Shown: positions 1-9,866 of the stretch, one piece after another
How positions within the stretch are numbered: the first letter of the stretch is position 1
Layout of the letters: every line of letters begins with the position of its first letter
Source of the DNA: a virus
DNA length: 64,000 nt
Reading direction: 5' to 3' (one strand)
IMG/VR virus record: IMGVR_UViG_3300043409_001033
Location: 1 to 64,000 of that record
The notes under the pieces: model-generated
What the model was told of the DNA's origin: nothing
The model's input: only the letters and a program-made list of their open reading frames with translations
Database searches by the model: none
Program-made: the position numbers and the translations under genes

Positions 1-327
1 ATTTAACCTTTGAATATCAATTTTTAAGTCTTCAATTTTATTTAAAGTATTTATCTTTACATTTTTGATTAGTTCTTGAATATTAGTACTAAACTCGTAG
101 TAAAAATACACGTTCCAATTATTTTTATCATCCTTTTTAAACATCACTTCGTATGGTCGTCTATATTTTCCTTCATATAAAGCTAATGAATATGTAGGAT
201 TTTGTTCTAATTCCCAATAGTCAGAAAAACTAATTTCTCTTTTAAATATTAAAGTATCAAATGACAAATCGGATTCATTGAACGTATATAATACAGATGG
301 ATAAGGTATATTATGTTCAATTTTCAT
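1..327 (-). CDS. hypothetical protein, partial (runs off the left edge)
   Basis: Manual translation from ATG at 327 gives MKIEHNIPYPSVLYTFNESDL..., open to position 1. The start overlaps the stop region of 317..682. Not in the ORF track. Confidence 0.7.
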   Translation of the reverse strand, partial: MKIEHNIPYPSVLYTFNESDLSFDTLIFKREISFSDYWELEQNPTYSLALYEGKYRRPYEVMFKKDDKNNWNVYFYYEFSTNIQELIKNVKINTLNKIEDLKIDIQRLN

Positions 328-682
328 ATTTGGATAATTTTAAATCTTCAATTTCACTCTTTAGTTCGTATATTTCATCAAGAGCTTCGTCGAATTTATC
401 TTCAAGACGGTCATTTTCTTCTTTGAAAGATTCAATGTCTTCTTTTAAATTCTCAATTTTATTTTCTAAGTCTTCAATTTCTTCTTCAAGGTCTTCTTTT
501 TGATAATATAATTCATTTCCAAATTCTCTTAATGTAGAGTTATGATGTCTGATTACTTCACAATATTTCAAAGCTTCTGTTAAATCTTCTTCATTATCAA
601 CATAAGTTTTTAAAGTGTCTATCACTTCATCAATATATTGACAAGTATTTGGTACGTCTGTTTGGTCTCTTCTTGTTCTCAT
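317..682 (-). CDS. hypothetical protein with acidic coiled-coil C-terminus
   Basis: 121-aa ORF with heptad E/L-rich repeats (LEEEIEDLENKIENLKEDIE); tightly packed in the operon. Confidence 0.75.
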   Translation of the reverse strand: MRTRRDQTDVPNTCQYIDEVIDTLKTYVDNEEDLTEALKYCEVIRHHNSTLREFGNELYYQKEDLEEEIEDLENKIENLKEDIESFKEENDRLEDKFDEALDEIYELKSEIEDLKLSKYEN

Positions 683-687
683 AGGAA

Positions 688-1149
688 TTATTTATCTTTT
701 GTTAAATCAATCGCTTCTAATAAATTATATTTTAAAATATCAGATACTTCTTTATACGCATTTAATCGTTCCTTTAAATAATTTTTCATATCTATCATAT
801 CATAATAATCATTGGTTATTTTTTCAATTTCTTTTTGTTGGGATTCAATTGTATTATATGATTGACTTAAATTAGTTTGTAAATTATCATTTTCTAAAGT
901 TAAATCATTATATAAGTTTATATTCTTATTTAATTCATTTTCTAAAGACGTGATGTTAGAAGTCAATTCATCAATTATATTAGATTGTTCTTTAATGAAT
1001 ACACAAGCATTAGTATAATATGATTGAATTTTAAATAAAATTTTATTGAAATATTCTTCTTCTCTATTATTAGGAGTGTTTTCAAGTATGAAACCAGAAA
1101 GTTCTTTAAAATCATCCTTTAAATAATCAAATTCAAATTTATTTTTCAT
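688..1149 (-). CDS. hypothetical coiled-coil protein
   Basis: 153-aa ORF with a heptad pattern; ATGA overlap with the upstream exonuclease. Confidence 0.75.
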   Translation of the reverse strand: MKNKFEFDYLKDDFKELSGFILENTPNNREEEYFNKILFKIQSYYTNACVFIKEQSNIIDELTSNITSLENELNKNINLYNDLTLENDNLQTNLSQSYNTIESQQKEIEKITNDYYDMIDMKNYLKERLNAYKEVSDILKYNLLEAIDLTKDK

Positions 1150-2171
1150 TTCTTTAATTTTAAAAAGTTATTAATTAACCATTGTTCGACATTTGGAGCA
1201 TAAATATGATTTTTAATATCATCTTCAAAGGCTTTAGATAAAAAACTATTAGAATCTAAATTTAGTTCCTGTTGTAAACAAATATCTACTAAATCTTTAT
1301 CATAAACATCTAATTCAATATTGTGTAAATCCATTAGTTGATAATTCATTTCTAATTGCTCTTTAGATTCAATTAGTTTTGTATATTTTGATAATGGTTT
1401 TTTAATATTTTTAGTTTTTGAAATAGCATATTCATAAATTTCATTTAATGAAGTTTGATTTTTTTGAGATATTAATGGATAGTATTTTTTAATAGTTGAT
1501 TCTCCTAAACCTTCAATATTTGGAATATCATCTGAAATATCTCCTAATATACATCTATAATTTAAAAAATTTATTGGATAAACTCCGTGTTTATTAAATA
1601 CTTCTTGGGTATTGTAGGTTACTTTTTCAATTGGATTGTAAATGTTGATATTTGATTCAATTAATTGAAGATAATCTTTATCATTAGAAACTATTGTAAT
1701 CTTTGATTTAAGACACAATCTTTTTGATAGATAAGCAATTATATCATCGGCTTCATATCGTTCAATAGAGAACAAATAAATGGGTAAATCTTGAAGATAT
1801 TGAATTAATCTTACAAGTTGTTTATGAAAACTTTCATCATTTTCTTTTGGGTCTTCAAAAACAGCTTGATTGACAATTCCTTTGTTTAATCTTTTTGATT
1901 TATATAGGGGATAAATCTTTTTTCTACGAGCAGATGAGTCATTTCCTTCAAAAACAATAAATACTTTTATTGGAGATTGCTCTTTGATTGTTTTGGATAG
2001 GGAATTAAGAAATCCAACTAATCCACCAATATGATTACCGTATTTATTGATAGTATTATTTACGATAAAACTTCTAATAAACATATTCATTGCATCAATA
2101 ATTACAATATGTTCTTGAGAAGAGTTATTAGTCGAATTTCTTAATTTTTGTAATCTTTCTTGTAAGTTCAT
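1146..2171 (-). CDS. 5'-3' exonuclease / flap endonuclease (T4 RNase H / Pol I N-terminal family)
   Basis: Motifs IIDAMN, RKKIYPLYKSKR, YEADDIIA, SNDKDYLQL and GDISDDIPNIEGLG (H3TH). Confidence 0.93.
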   Translation of the reverse strand: MNLQERLQKLRNSTNNSSQEHIVIIDAMNMFIRSFIVNNTINKYGNHIGGLVGFLNSLSKTIKEQSPIKVFIVFEGNDSSARRKKIYPLYKSKRLNKGIVNQAVFEDPKENDESFHKQLVRLIQYLQDLPIYLFSIERYEADDIIAYLSKRLCLKSKITIVSNDKDYLQLIESNINIYNPIEKVTYNTQEVFNKHGVYPINFLNYRCILGDISDDIPNIEGLGESTIKKYYPLISQKNQTSLNEIYEYAISKTKNIKKPLSKYTKLIESKEQLEMNYQLMDLHNIELDVYDKDLVDICLQQELNLDSNSFLSKAFEDDIKNHIYAPNVEQWLINNFLKLKK

Positions 2172-2186
2172 AAAATTTGTTTTTAA

Positions 2187-3284
2187 TTAATCTTCGTTAT
2201 TTTCGTCTTCTACAACTAATTCTATTTCGGATTCGCTACTTGCTCCTAACTTAGTGACCCAACTTCTTTGATGTTGTTTTTTGTAAGAATCAATTGCTTC
2301 TTTGGTATTAGCAATAAACCCATGTTTAGTCATAACAAGTTTACCTTTAGCAGAAATTCCGTTATCGGTATGTTGTTTTTCAATTTGGACTTTAGTAACT
2401 TTTCCAAAAACTAACTCTTTACCTTTTGAAGTTGCCTTTAATACACTTGTTCCTGCGTCTTTGATTCCACCAAAAGTAATTTGTAATGAAGCTTGTTTCC
2501 ATAGAGCATCTCCACCTTTGTTTTTCATTTTTGGTTGTTCATTGAATCCCATTGGAACAGTAACCGTAATATGATTTACAACTACTAAACTTGCGTGATA
2601 AGGGTTAGATGCTTTTCTTGTTAAACCAATATTTTTACAAACTTGGGTAAACTCTCTACTCATAGCTCCACCATCCCACATATTGTTAGCATTTCCTGTT
2701 TCAATTGTTTGTTTACAAGGAACAACTCCTGCTGAATCCCATAAAAACATTACATCTCTTGGTAATCTACCGCTTCTTTGGTCAGCAAGTACCTTGTTGA
2801 TACATTGTGCAACAGATTCAATAGTTGGTAGTTGTTCAACGTCTCTATAAATAAAATCTCCAACATAAGTTATTTTTTCAAGAACTTCTCCTGTCGATTC
2901 GTCTATTTCTTCTTCAACAACTCTTTCACACTCAAAACCAGCGTCAATTAAATGTTCAAATGACCATTTCATCTCGGTAATAAGGAATACGATAAAAATT
3001 CCTTCTCTTTGACAAGCCTTAGCAACTTCGATTAATAGAGTAGATTTACCAGTATCAGAGTGACCACGAATAATAGTTGTACCAGAAATAGGAATTAATC
3101 CATTTGTATTAAGAGAATCTTCGATACAATCAGATAATCTTAGGTGTTGTTCTTTTTTATACGCACTTGAAGTTACTCCACCCAAAGATACATTATAATC
3201 AGAAACATTAAATTCTCTTTTCTTAATTACTCCTTGAGTGTTTTTTGAGTTTATTAACTCAGAAATACTTGATTTTTTAGCCAT
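2187..3284 (-). CDS. uvsX: RecA/UvsX-family recombinase
   Basis: Walker A GHSDTGKS, Walker B FLWDS, VVVNH and GGDAL (the RecA GGxAL motif); adjacent to the SSB gene. Confidence 0.88.
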   Translation of the reverse strand: MAKKSSISELINSKNTQGVIKKREFNVSDYNVSLGGVTSSAYKKEQHLRLSDCIEDSLNTNGLIPISGTTIIRGHSDTGKSTLLIEVAKACQREGIFIVFLITEMKWSFEHLIDAGFECERVVEEEIDESTGEVLEKITYVGDFIYRDVEQLPTIESVAQCINKVLADQRSGRLPRDVMFLWDSAGVVPCKQTIETGNANNMWDGGAMSREFTQVCKNIGLTRKASNPYHASLVVVNHITVTVPMGFNEQPKMKNKGGDALWKQASLQITFGGIKDAGTSVLKATSKGKELVFGKVTKVQIEKQHTDNGISAKGKLVMTKHGFIANTKEAIDSYKKQHQRSWVTKLGASSESEIELVVEDENNED

Positions 3285-3345
3285 AATTATTTTTTATAAG
3301 ATTTCTCATTTGTCATAGGATTTAATTGTGAAATAATTTAATTTA

Positions 3346-3374
3346 AAAACAAATTGGGGAGAATATCTCCCCAA
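3346..3374 (-). terminator. intrinsic terminator after the SSB gene
   Basis: Stem TTGGGGAGA-TAT-TCTCCCCAA followed by TTTGTTTTT on the minus strand. Confidence 0.75.
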
Positions 3375-3382
3375 AATTTTAA

Positions 3383-4555
3383 TTAATCAAATGGTAAATC
3401 TTCTTCATCATCTTCTTCATCGGCAACAAATGCTTTTCTCATAGATGGTTTTGGAATTGGTGCAGATTTTTTTGGAGCAGGTTTAAATTCTTCTTCCTCA
3501 TCTTCATCATCCTCAAACTTAGCTTTAGAAACTTGTTGTTTGGGTTTAGAAGAAATCTCTACTTCTTTCTTTTGACGAGCAATGAAAATTTCGAGAACTT
3601 CTTCTAATTTTTCAACAGATGGTTCTAAATACAAATCATCATAAAAACTTGGTACTTTCTTCCAAAAGTTTTCTAATTCTTTATCTGAATCAAAAACTGG
3701 TCTTCTTTGTTTATTTGAAAATTCAATTTCTACAATAGACTTTCCAATTTTCTTTTCTCTTGTTCTTGGGTCGGTAAATTCTTCCTCTTGAGTAGTGATA
3801 ATTAAATCAGTACCATCTTGTAAGTCGAATCTGTTATAATATCCTTCTTCAAATTCATCCAATGTATGAACAAAGTCCTTTGGAAACTTTAATTTTTTGA
3901 CATAAATTTGATATAATTCATAAACCGTTTCAATTGTTTCAATTGCTTTATCATCAAAATCTTCATTGATAGCGTCTTCTGTTTCATCAGAAATTTTAAC
4001 AACCGAATTTTTCAATAATAATTTTTTGAAATGGTTCTTTGCTCGTTGTAATTCATCTTTTTCAAGAGCGGATAATACTTTTCCAAATCTTTCTTTAGAG
4101 ATTTCCCAAAACTTAGGAGTTTGAGTATCGTCGTCTCTATCAAGAACAAGTAAATAATAACGGTCTAAATCTTTTAATTTTTTTGCGATTAATTTTACTT
4201 CTTCTGCATCTTTTGGAGACATTGATTTTGCATCAATATAAAGACTCATTCGGTATTTATTGATAGGGTCTTCGGATTGAGGAAGTGCGGATAATTTCTT
4301 ACCTTGATATGGCAAGAATCCTTGTTCAGTTACCCATTCACGTTGAATAATAGCAGGATAATCTTCCATGTTATATCTTTGGTCGATATAATCTCCGTTT
4401 TCATCTAATCTTGGAATAAAGACACGAACTGTATTCTTGCCGAGTTTAGTTGGTCTCCATAACAAATGAGAAACAGATTCTTTTTTTGGATATTGAGAAT
4501 TATTCTTAGGTTTATTGAACTGTTCTCGTAAATTTTTTAAATGCGGAATTGCCAT
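3383..4555 (-). CDS. single-stranded DNA-binding protein (T4 gp32-like)
   Basis: N-terminal LWRP...NTVR, RYYLLVLDRD, DLQDGTDLII and a very acidic tail ending EEDLPFD; next to recA. Confidence 0.75.
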   Translation of the reverse strand: MAIPHLKNLREQFNKPKNNSQYPKKESVSHLLWRPTKLGKNTVRVFIPRLDENGDYIDQRYNMEDYPAIIQREWVTEQGFLPYQGKKLSALPQSEDPINKYRMSLYIDAKSMSPKDAEEVKLIAKKLKDLDRYYLLVLDRDDDTQTPKFWEISKERFGKVLSALEKDELQRAKNHFKKLLLKNSVVKISDETEDAINEDFDDKAIETIETVYELYQIYVKKLKFPKDFVHTLDEFEEGYYNRFDLQDGTDLIITTQEEEFTDPRTREKKIGKSIVEIEFSNKQRRPVFDSDKELENFWKKVPSFYDDLYLEPSVEKLEEVLEIFIARQKKEVEISSKPKQQVSKAKFEDDEDEEEEFKPAPKKSAPIPKPSMRKAFVADEEDDEEDLPFD

Positions 4556-4595
4556 AAAATTGTTTTTATTGTTTATTTATTGTAATTAATTTAAT

Positions 4596-4757
4596 TTATA
4601 TTTCTGTTTTGGAGTTCCATTCTTCTAATAACTCATAGGCGTAATCACAACCTTCCCAGTTATCAACCCCAGCACATCTTAGAGCGTTCAATACCAGTTC
4701 TTGTGATTCTAATTCATCCAATCTTTTCTTGGATACAAGTACTAATTCTTCTTCCAT
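4596..4757 (-). CDS. small phage protein with a GVDNWEG motif
   Basis: Manual translation MEEELVLVSKKRLDELESQELVLNALRCAGVDNWEGCDYAYELLEEWNSKTEI* (53 aa, shorter than any ORF in the track). LxALxxAGVDNWxG recurs in small phage proteins. Confidence 0.75.
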   Translation of the reverse strand: MEEELVLVSKKRLDELESQELVLNALRCAGVDNWEGCDYAYELLEEWNSKTEI

Positions 4758-4762
4758 TGTAA

Positions 4763-5038
4763 TTAATTTAATTTAGTTTCTAAAAAATTCATAATATAAT
4801 TTTCTATTTCTTGTTGAACTTGAGTTGTATCGCTATTATAAGAATCATAATCTCGTGTCCAACTATATAACAAAAAAGATGATACTAAAAGTTCAATATA
4901 TTCTACTTTTGATATTAAAATATTTACACCTTCGCTTTCTCTAATTTGTAGAAAATGTTGTTTTAGATGTTCTAAACCTTCATCTAATTTAGGTTTAATT
5001 ATTGAAGAAAAAGTTTCTTCATTTAGTTGATTGTACAT
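4763..5038 (-). CDS. hypothetical protein
   Basis: 91-aa ORF in the co-directional cluster. Confidence 0.65.
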   Translation of the reverse strand: MYNQLNEETFSSIIKPKLDEGLEHLKQHFLQIRESEGVNILISKVEYIELLVSSFLLYSWTRDYDSYNSDTTQVQQEIENYIMNFLETKLN

Positions 5039-5047
5039 AATAATTTG

Positions 5048-5233
5048 TTAAAATAATTTTTGGTCTTCATTGAATTTTAGAGAAGCAAAGAACCAATAAG
5101 CCAACAGAATCAATGAAGATATAAAGAAAGTTGTTGTAAAAAATTGCTCTTTAAAAGGAAAATCATTAAAATAATTTATGATTCTCAATAAACTACAAAA
5201 ATAAAAAGCGTTTGTTAAATGTTTAAATTTCAT
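5048..5233 (-). CDS. small membrane protein
   Basis: 61 aa with hydrophobic stretches (FFTTTFFISSLILLAYWFFASL). Confidence 0.6.
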   Translation of the reverse strand: MKFKHLTNAFYFCSLLRIINYFNDFPFKEQFFTTTFFISSLILLAYWFFASLKFNEDQKLF

Positions 5234-5289
5234 AATAATTGTTTGTTTTAATTGTTAAAATATTTTTTCGTTGTATTGATTATATTTAT

Positions 5290-5361
5290 TTAAACTACAA
5301 AGAACATACAAACTAACAGACATATAAGAAATATCTCGGTAAAATTGTTTTTCCTTTTCAT
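5290..5361 (-). CDS. possible 23-aa membrane micropeptide
   Basis: Manual translation MKRKNNFTEIFLICLLVCMFFVV*: basic N-terminus plus a hydrophobic helix; fills an intergenic gap. Confidence 0.3.
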   Translation of the reverse strand: MKRKNNFTEIFLICLLVCMFFVV

Positions 5362-5408
5362 AAAGAAAAGAAAGTATTGCAGATATACCTCCTATATAAA
5401 TTAAATGT

Positions 5409-5789
5409 TTAAATTTCATAAATTTTTATTAAATTATTTTTTAAAATTGTGAGTTCATTATTTCTTACTAAAATTAATGATTTGTCGTATAATGACCAAT
5501 TGATATTTTCACCCAATTGTTGTCTAAGTTCATTAAGACCATTCATGGTGTAAAGTGTAATACATGGAGGAGATTCATCGCCTTTTCTTCGATGACACAC
5601 CATTGTATTATCATAAAGATTTTGATTTGGTTCAATTTCTACATTGTAAGAAATGAGATACTCATTTTCAATGCTTGGAGTTTCAAATACATACATTTTT
5701 CCAAATAAAACTTTGTATTGTGTAGTAATATTTGAAATATGTAAATCAAGTTGTTCTTTTGGAACGAATGTAATAACTAATTTTTGCAT
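5409..5789 (-). CDS. hypothetical phage protein
   Basis: 126-aa ORF directly downstream of the PolA-like gene; HRRK...TLYTMNGLN segment. Confidence 0.7.
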   Translation of the reverse strand: MQKLVITFVPKEQLDLHISNITTQYKVLFGKMYVFETPSIENEYLISYNVEIEPNQNLYDNTMVCHRRKGDESPPCITLYTMNGLNELRQQLGENINWSLYDKSLILVRNNELTILKNNLIKIYEI

Positions 5790-5821
5790 AATATCATAAA
5801 GTTTATAATAGTAGAACGATA

Positions 5822-7000
5822 TTATAAATCGAATAGTTCCATTTCTTTAAAATTTTTTCCAAATTTTATTGAACAATAGGTTTCTTGTTGGATAATATTT
5901 TTTATATCAATTAAGGTTTGTTTTTTATCTTCTTTAGAATAATCAATCAAGAAACTATCGTAAAAATACAATATTAGTTTAGTTTTTTTATTTGAAAGAA
6001 AATCTTGAATATTTTTCATAGTTAGAATATTTTTTTCTGTTTCTAATACTTGTAGTATTCTTGGAATATCTTTATTTGTGTTTTCTAATAGAATTTTTTT
6101 ATTTGATATTGGTGATTGAAAGTATTGCAATTTACTAAGTTTATTTTTAAAATCAAAGAATTTTTTGAAAAAAATATTATCTGGAAATGGATTTTCTTTT
6201 ATATCTCCAAAAAGATACCACATAGATTCTTTTTTTGATTCTTCTCTATTATCGGAGTTATATACTTCCATTAGTTCGGTGTATATATCATTTGTTTTAA
6301 ATTTATGATTTAGTAAATCGGCTAAAAGGTGTATTTGATAATTTTTATAATCAAATTCGATTAGATAATCGTTATTTGGGATAATTGCTTTTCTTGAATC
6401 ATCTTTTGTTGAGATTGCCGTTATGTTATATCCATTTACAACATTGGTTGGTCTTGAATAGGTGTTATAGATATTATAATTAGAATATAATTTATCATCT
6501 ATTAAGATATTTTTATTTTTAAAGTATCTTAAATCAATATTGATTGGGTTTGATTCTAAACTTATTATAACATCAACAAAAATATTGTTATAAAAATCTA
6601 AAAATTGATTATTTTCATTGTTTAGTAGATGAGAAATATTATCAAATCTTTTTCTACAATGTTCTAATAACTTATTATTAGGAATAATGGTAATAATATT
6701 TGAAATATCTTTATAAAGATTTGTATAATGATTATGTAAAGGAAATTTTACAAATTCTAAGGTAGAATAATCATTTGAAAGGAACTTAATGTCAATTAAC
6801 TCGACATCACATGATAATGACAATAAAGATTTACAAAATTTAATGTCTTGAACAAAATAACTATTAATTTCAAGTGGTAATTTATCATATAATTTATCTT
6901 GATTTGTCGATAAGTCTCTAATATAAAATTTATAAGCATGATTTATTTGATTCCTATAATCGTAGTTGATAGGAATAATGTCTAAATAATAATTTGTCAT
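5822..7000 (-). CDS. minimal/divergent family A DNA polymerase-like protein
   Basis: TYSRPT...NITAI...SRKAIIP (pre-motif A), motif A EFDYKNYQ, DIY, motif B REESK...YLFG, LQVLE and motif C LYFYDSFLID. Only 392 aa, with no clear 3'-5' exonuclease motifs. Confidence 0.75.
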   Translation of the reverse strand: MTNYYLDIIPINYDYRNQINHAYKFYIRDLSTNQDKLYDKLPLEINSYFVQDIKFCKSLLSLSCDVELIDIKFLSNDYSTLEFVKFPLHNHYTNLYKDISNIITIIPNNKLLEHCRKRFDNISHLLNNENNQFLDFYNNIFVDVIISLESNPINIDLRYFKNKNILIDDKLYSNYNIYNTYSRPTNVVNGYNITAISTKDDSRKAIIPNNDYLIEFDYKNYQIHLLADLLNHKFKTNDIYTELMEVYNSDNREESKKESMWYLFGDIKENPFPDNIFFKKFFDFKNKLSKLQYFQSPISNKKILLENTNKDIPRILQVLETEKNILTMKNIQDFLSNKKTKLILYFYDSFLIDYSKEDKKQTLIDIKNIIQQETYCSIKFGKNFKEMELFDL

Positions 7001-7015
7001 AAGAATTTAATTTAA

Positions 7016-7219
7016 CTAAATGAACCTTGTCGATTTATAACCACAATTTTCACAAGAAGTTTTGTATTGTGGTGGATTAGTCATTAATTGAATTGACCTA
7101 TCATCATAAAGTTCATTGTTGCATTTTGGACAATTGTGACCATTCTTAGCTAAATTTGGAATTGGTCTTAATGTTTCTCCTATAATTTTTTTATAGGGAT
7201 TTGATTCTAATGTTTGCAT
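7016..7219 (-). CDS. small zinc-ribbon protein
   Basis: CPKC...CENCG in 67 aa. Confidence 0.7.
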   Translation of the reverse strand: MQTLESNPYKKIIGETLRPIPNLAKNGHNCPKCNNELYDDRSIQLMTNPPQYKTSCENCGYKSTRFI

Positions 7220-7227
7220 AATTATTT

Positions 7228-9513
7228 TTAGTTATTATTTATATAATTATTATTTGGATTTGTTCCTCGTAAGTGAATTAAAAATTGATTATATGTTAAT
7301 ACTTTGGCAAATTTGACAGGTTCAAAAGAACCAGTTTCATCTAATATTACTGTTTGTGTTTCAATAGTTGTAGTCCAATCGTTATTTGATAAATCATGTG
7401 ATAATCTTGTTATAATAAATCCTACTCTATTTGTTTTTCCAAAACCTTTGTAACCTACGGGCAACATATTATCTGGAATTTTGAATACGTCTCCAATTCT
7501 TAACCCTGCTATACCGTCCATTGTTATATTTAGTTTTATCGGAAGTATTCCAGCGGTAGAATGTGTTAAATTTCCATCTTGTAATTGTAACTTCATTTCA
7601 AGTGAAATTAGTTCCTTTAAAGCATCAGAAATTTGTGGGGAAGTTGAATGAATATTTAGTTGTTTTCCTAAATTTAGTTCATTGACATAATCTCTAACGG
7701 TTAGTAAAAGATTAGTTGATTTTTCTTTAGCTAAATCTTCTACGGTATTTTGCTCTTTATTCGGCTCGATTCTTTGTCTAATAATTCTATCAGATAAACC
7801 TCTATTAAACAAATCAAATAAATTAGTATTAACGCCAGTTGAACCATTTGAATTAACTCCAGCGGAAATAGCAATCATACTTGATTGATTTGGATAAATC
7901 ATAGAATTAATTGAATAATTTCTAACCGTAGATTTTAAGCCAGATAATTCTAATGTAAATTTTTGCTTATCATCTCTTCCTTCGGTATAAGAAGCATCAA
8001 TAATTCTTATCAAATCGGATTCATGGTCACAAATTACTTTAAAATCATTGATATTTCCTAATGATTCATTAACATTTTTTAAAATATATAGTAAATAATT
8101 TGATAAAGTAGTATTTTCATCAACTTTACTATCAGTTATTGCTGTTATTAAAAAATCAATGTTCAAATAAATGTTCTTAATATAGGCTCTATTGTACTTA
8201 TTATCTACAAAGTAGATGTTAGTATCATTTAATGAACTTTCGTCCGTTAGAGTCAATCTATGAAGCAATAAGTCTCTATTTTTACACGATTCAATATAAC
8301 AAACATCTAAATTTATTGGAATTTGTAAATAATGTGCAAAACATAAATTATCTCCACCATTTTTATCATCTAAAGATAATTTTACAAATGGAGTTCCTTT
8401 ATCGGTTGATAGTAAAACATTGTTATTTAAAATATTGATTAAATCTGCAAATCTAATATAAGATTTAAAGGTTTGTTGAGAATTTTGACTTTTTATTCCA
8501 ACATAACCCGAACAAAAATTAATATTACCAAATCTTTCAACATTGATTGTTTGATAAGTTAATTTGTTGTAACCAATATTTTGTAATTTTAAATTGTTAC
8601 TACTATATTCTTTTAAAGTAGATAAAATAGCATTTAATTTAGATTTATTAGAATCTTTTTCAATAGATACTTTTTGGGATGAATCTAAACTTGTAAATGA
8701 ATCTAAATCAAATTTAGAAACATAGTTCATTTTCAAAGATTCTATAATTTCACCAATGGTTAATATTTCTACTGTTACATCAAAACAATTATCTTGACCC
8801 GACACATTTTGCCAAGAGTAATTTAGAACATAACCATATAAAGCGTCATAATTTCCCGATGAATTTTCAATTAATTTTTGAGATTTAGTTGTTGTACTAT
8901 TTCCATATATATCGGAAAATATTTGCTCTTTAGATAAATTAGTTGAATCTAATATATTGTAATTTTTATAATCGGTTACATATTTGTTATTATTGTTGAT
9001 AAAGGTTGTCCAACCATATTCTAATAAAACAGTATAACCAACTCTACAATATAATAATTCTATTCTTTCTAATTCTTTTAAAGAGTTACATCTAATTTTA
9101 ACAGTTGCTTGTTGAAGCGTTCCGTAAGCAGATTTTGAATGAACCGAAACACTTATTATACCCGACATAGGAGATAAACCTCTTTCTAAAGTTCGTGTTG
9201 CATTAAATTTGTCTCCATAAGCACCAACTTTATCTCCTAAACCATATCTTGATGTATAAGTATTTTTTGATTCGTCGAATGATAATTCTCCGCCTTCTAA
9301 AATATGGAGTTTTGCAAGATGATTTCCTGTTTTAACTCCAAGATATTTAGCAAGATTTGGGTCATCTATATTTACACTACTTGATAATCTAACAAAACAA
9401 GTACGAGTATTTAACCAAGTTAAAAATTCATTATCTCGGTTAGATACTCTTTCTTGTCTTAATGACAATTGTTTTTGTATATATGGTCTAAATGACCCTT
9501 TAAATATTGACAT
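7228..9513 (-). CDS. putative baseplate hub protein (gp27/late control D-like)
   Basis: Follows the tape measure, tube-initiator and LysM genes. Contains RVGYTVLLEYGW and a C-terminal LNITMDGIAGLRIGDVF...IITRLSHDLSNNDWTTTIE typical of hub proteins. Confidence 0.6.
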   Translation of the reverse strand: MSIFKGSFRPYIQKQLSLRQERVSNRDNEFLTWLNTRTCFVRLSSSVNIDDPNLAKYLGVKTGNHLAKLHILEGGELSFDESKNTYTSRYGLGDKVGAYGDKFNATRTLERGLSPMSGIISVSVHSKSAYGTLQQATVKIRCNSLKELERIELLYCRVGYTVLLEYGWTTFINNNNKYVTDYKNYNILDSTNLSKEQIFSDIYGNSTTTKSQKLIENSSGNYDALYGYVLNYSWQNVSGQDNCFDVTVEILTIGEIIESLKMNYVSKFDLDSFTSLDSSQKVSIEKDSNKSKLNAILSTLKEYSSNNLKLQNIGYNKLTYQTINVERFGNINFCSGYVGIKSQNSQQTFKSYIRFADLINILNNNVLLSTDKGTPFVKLSLDDKNGGDNLCFAHYLQIPINLDVCYIESCKNRDLLLHRLTLTDESSLNDTNIYFVDNKYNRAYIKNIYLNIDFLITAITDSKVDENTTLSNYLLYILKNVNESLGNINDFKVICDHESDLIRIIDASYTEGRDDKQKFTLELSGLKSTVRNYSINSMIYPNQSSMIAISAGVNSNGSTGVNTNLFDLFNRGLSDRIIRQRIEPNKEQNTVEDLAKEKSTNLLLTVRDYVNELNLGKQLNIHSTSPQISDALKELISLEMKLQLQDGNLTHSTAGILPIKLNITMDGIAGLRIGDVFKIPDNMLPVGYKGFGKTNRVGFIITRLSHDLSNNDWTTTIETQTVILDETGSFEPVKFAKVLTYNQFLIHLRGTNPNNNYINNN

Positions 9514-9567
9514 TAATTAATTTATATAATATAGAAACTATTTTTCTATACAATTTAGTTCCAAACC

Positions 9568-9864
9568 TTAACTATTTATTTTTTGAAATGCTGTTGTATA
9601 TTCTGATAAATCTGGTATTCTTAATTGTAAATTTGGTTCTACTCTTAAAGTATCTTTTCGTATATCATTAACAGAAGCTATTACCCACCACAAAGTTTCA
9701 TCATTATAAAAATTAAATGCAAGTTTGGTTAAAGAATCCGAATTATCGGTTAAGATATAAGTATCATTATCCGATAATGGTAAGTTTGATGGATAATAAA
9801 CAGTAGAATAAAATCTTCTACCATTAAGTGTTTTTAGAATATCACAATACTGGGTTCTTTCCAT
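9568..9864 (-). CDS. LysM-like baseplate protein (gp53/tail X type)
   Basis: DSLTKLAFNFYNDETLWWVIASVN...LQLRIP. Confidence 0.85.
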   Translation of the reverse strand: MERTQYCDILKTLNGRRFYSTVYYPSNLPLSDNDTYILTDNSDSLTKLAFNFYNDETLWWVIASVNDIRKDTLRVEPNLQLRIPDLSEYTTAFQKINS

Positions 9865-9866
9865 TG

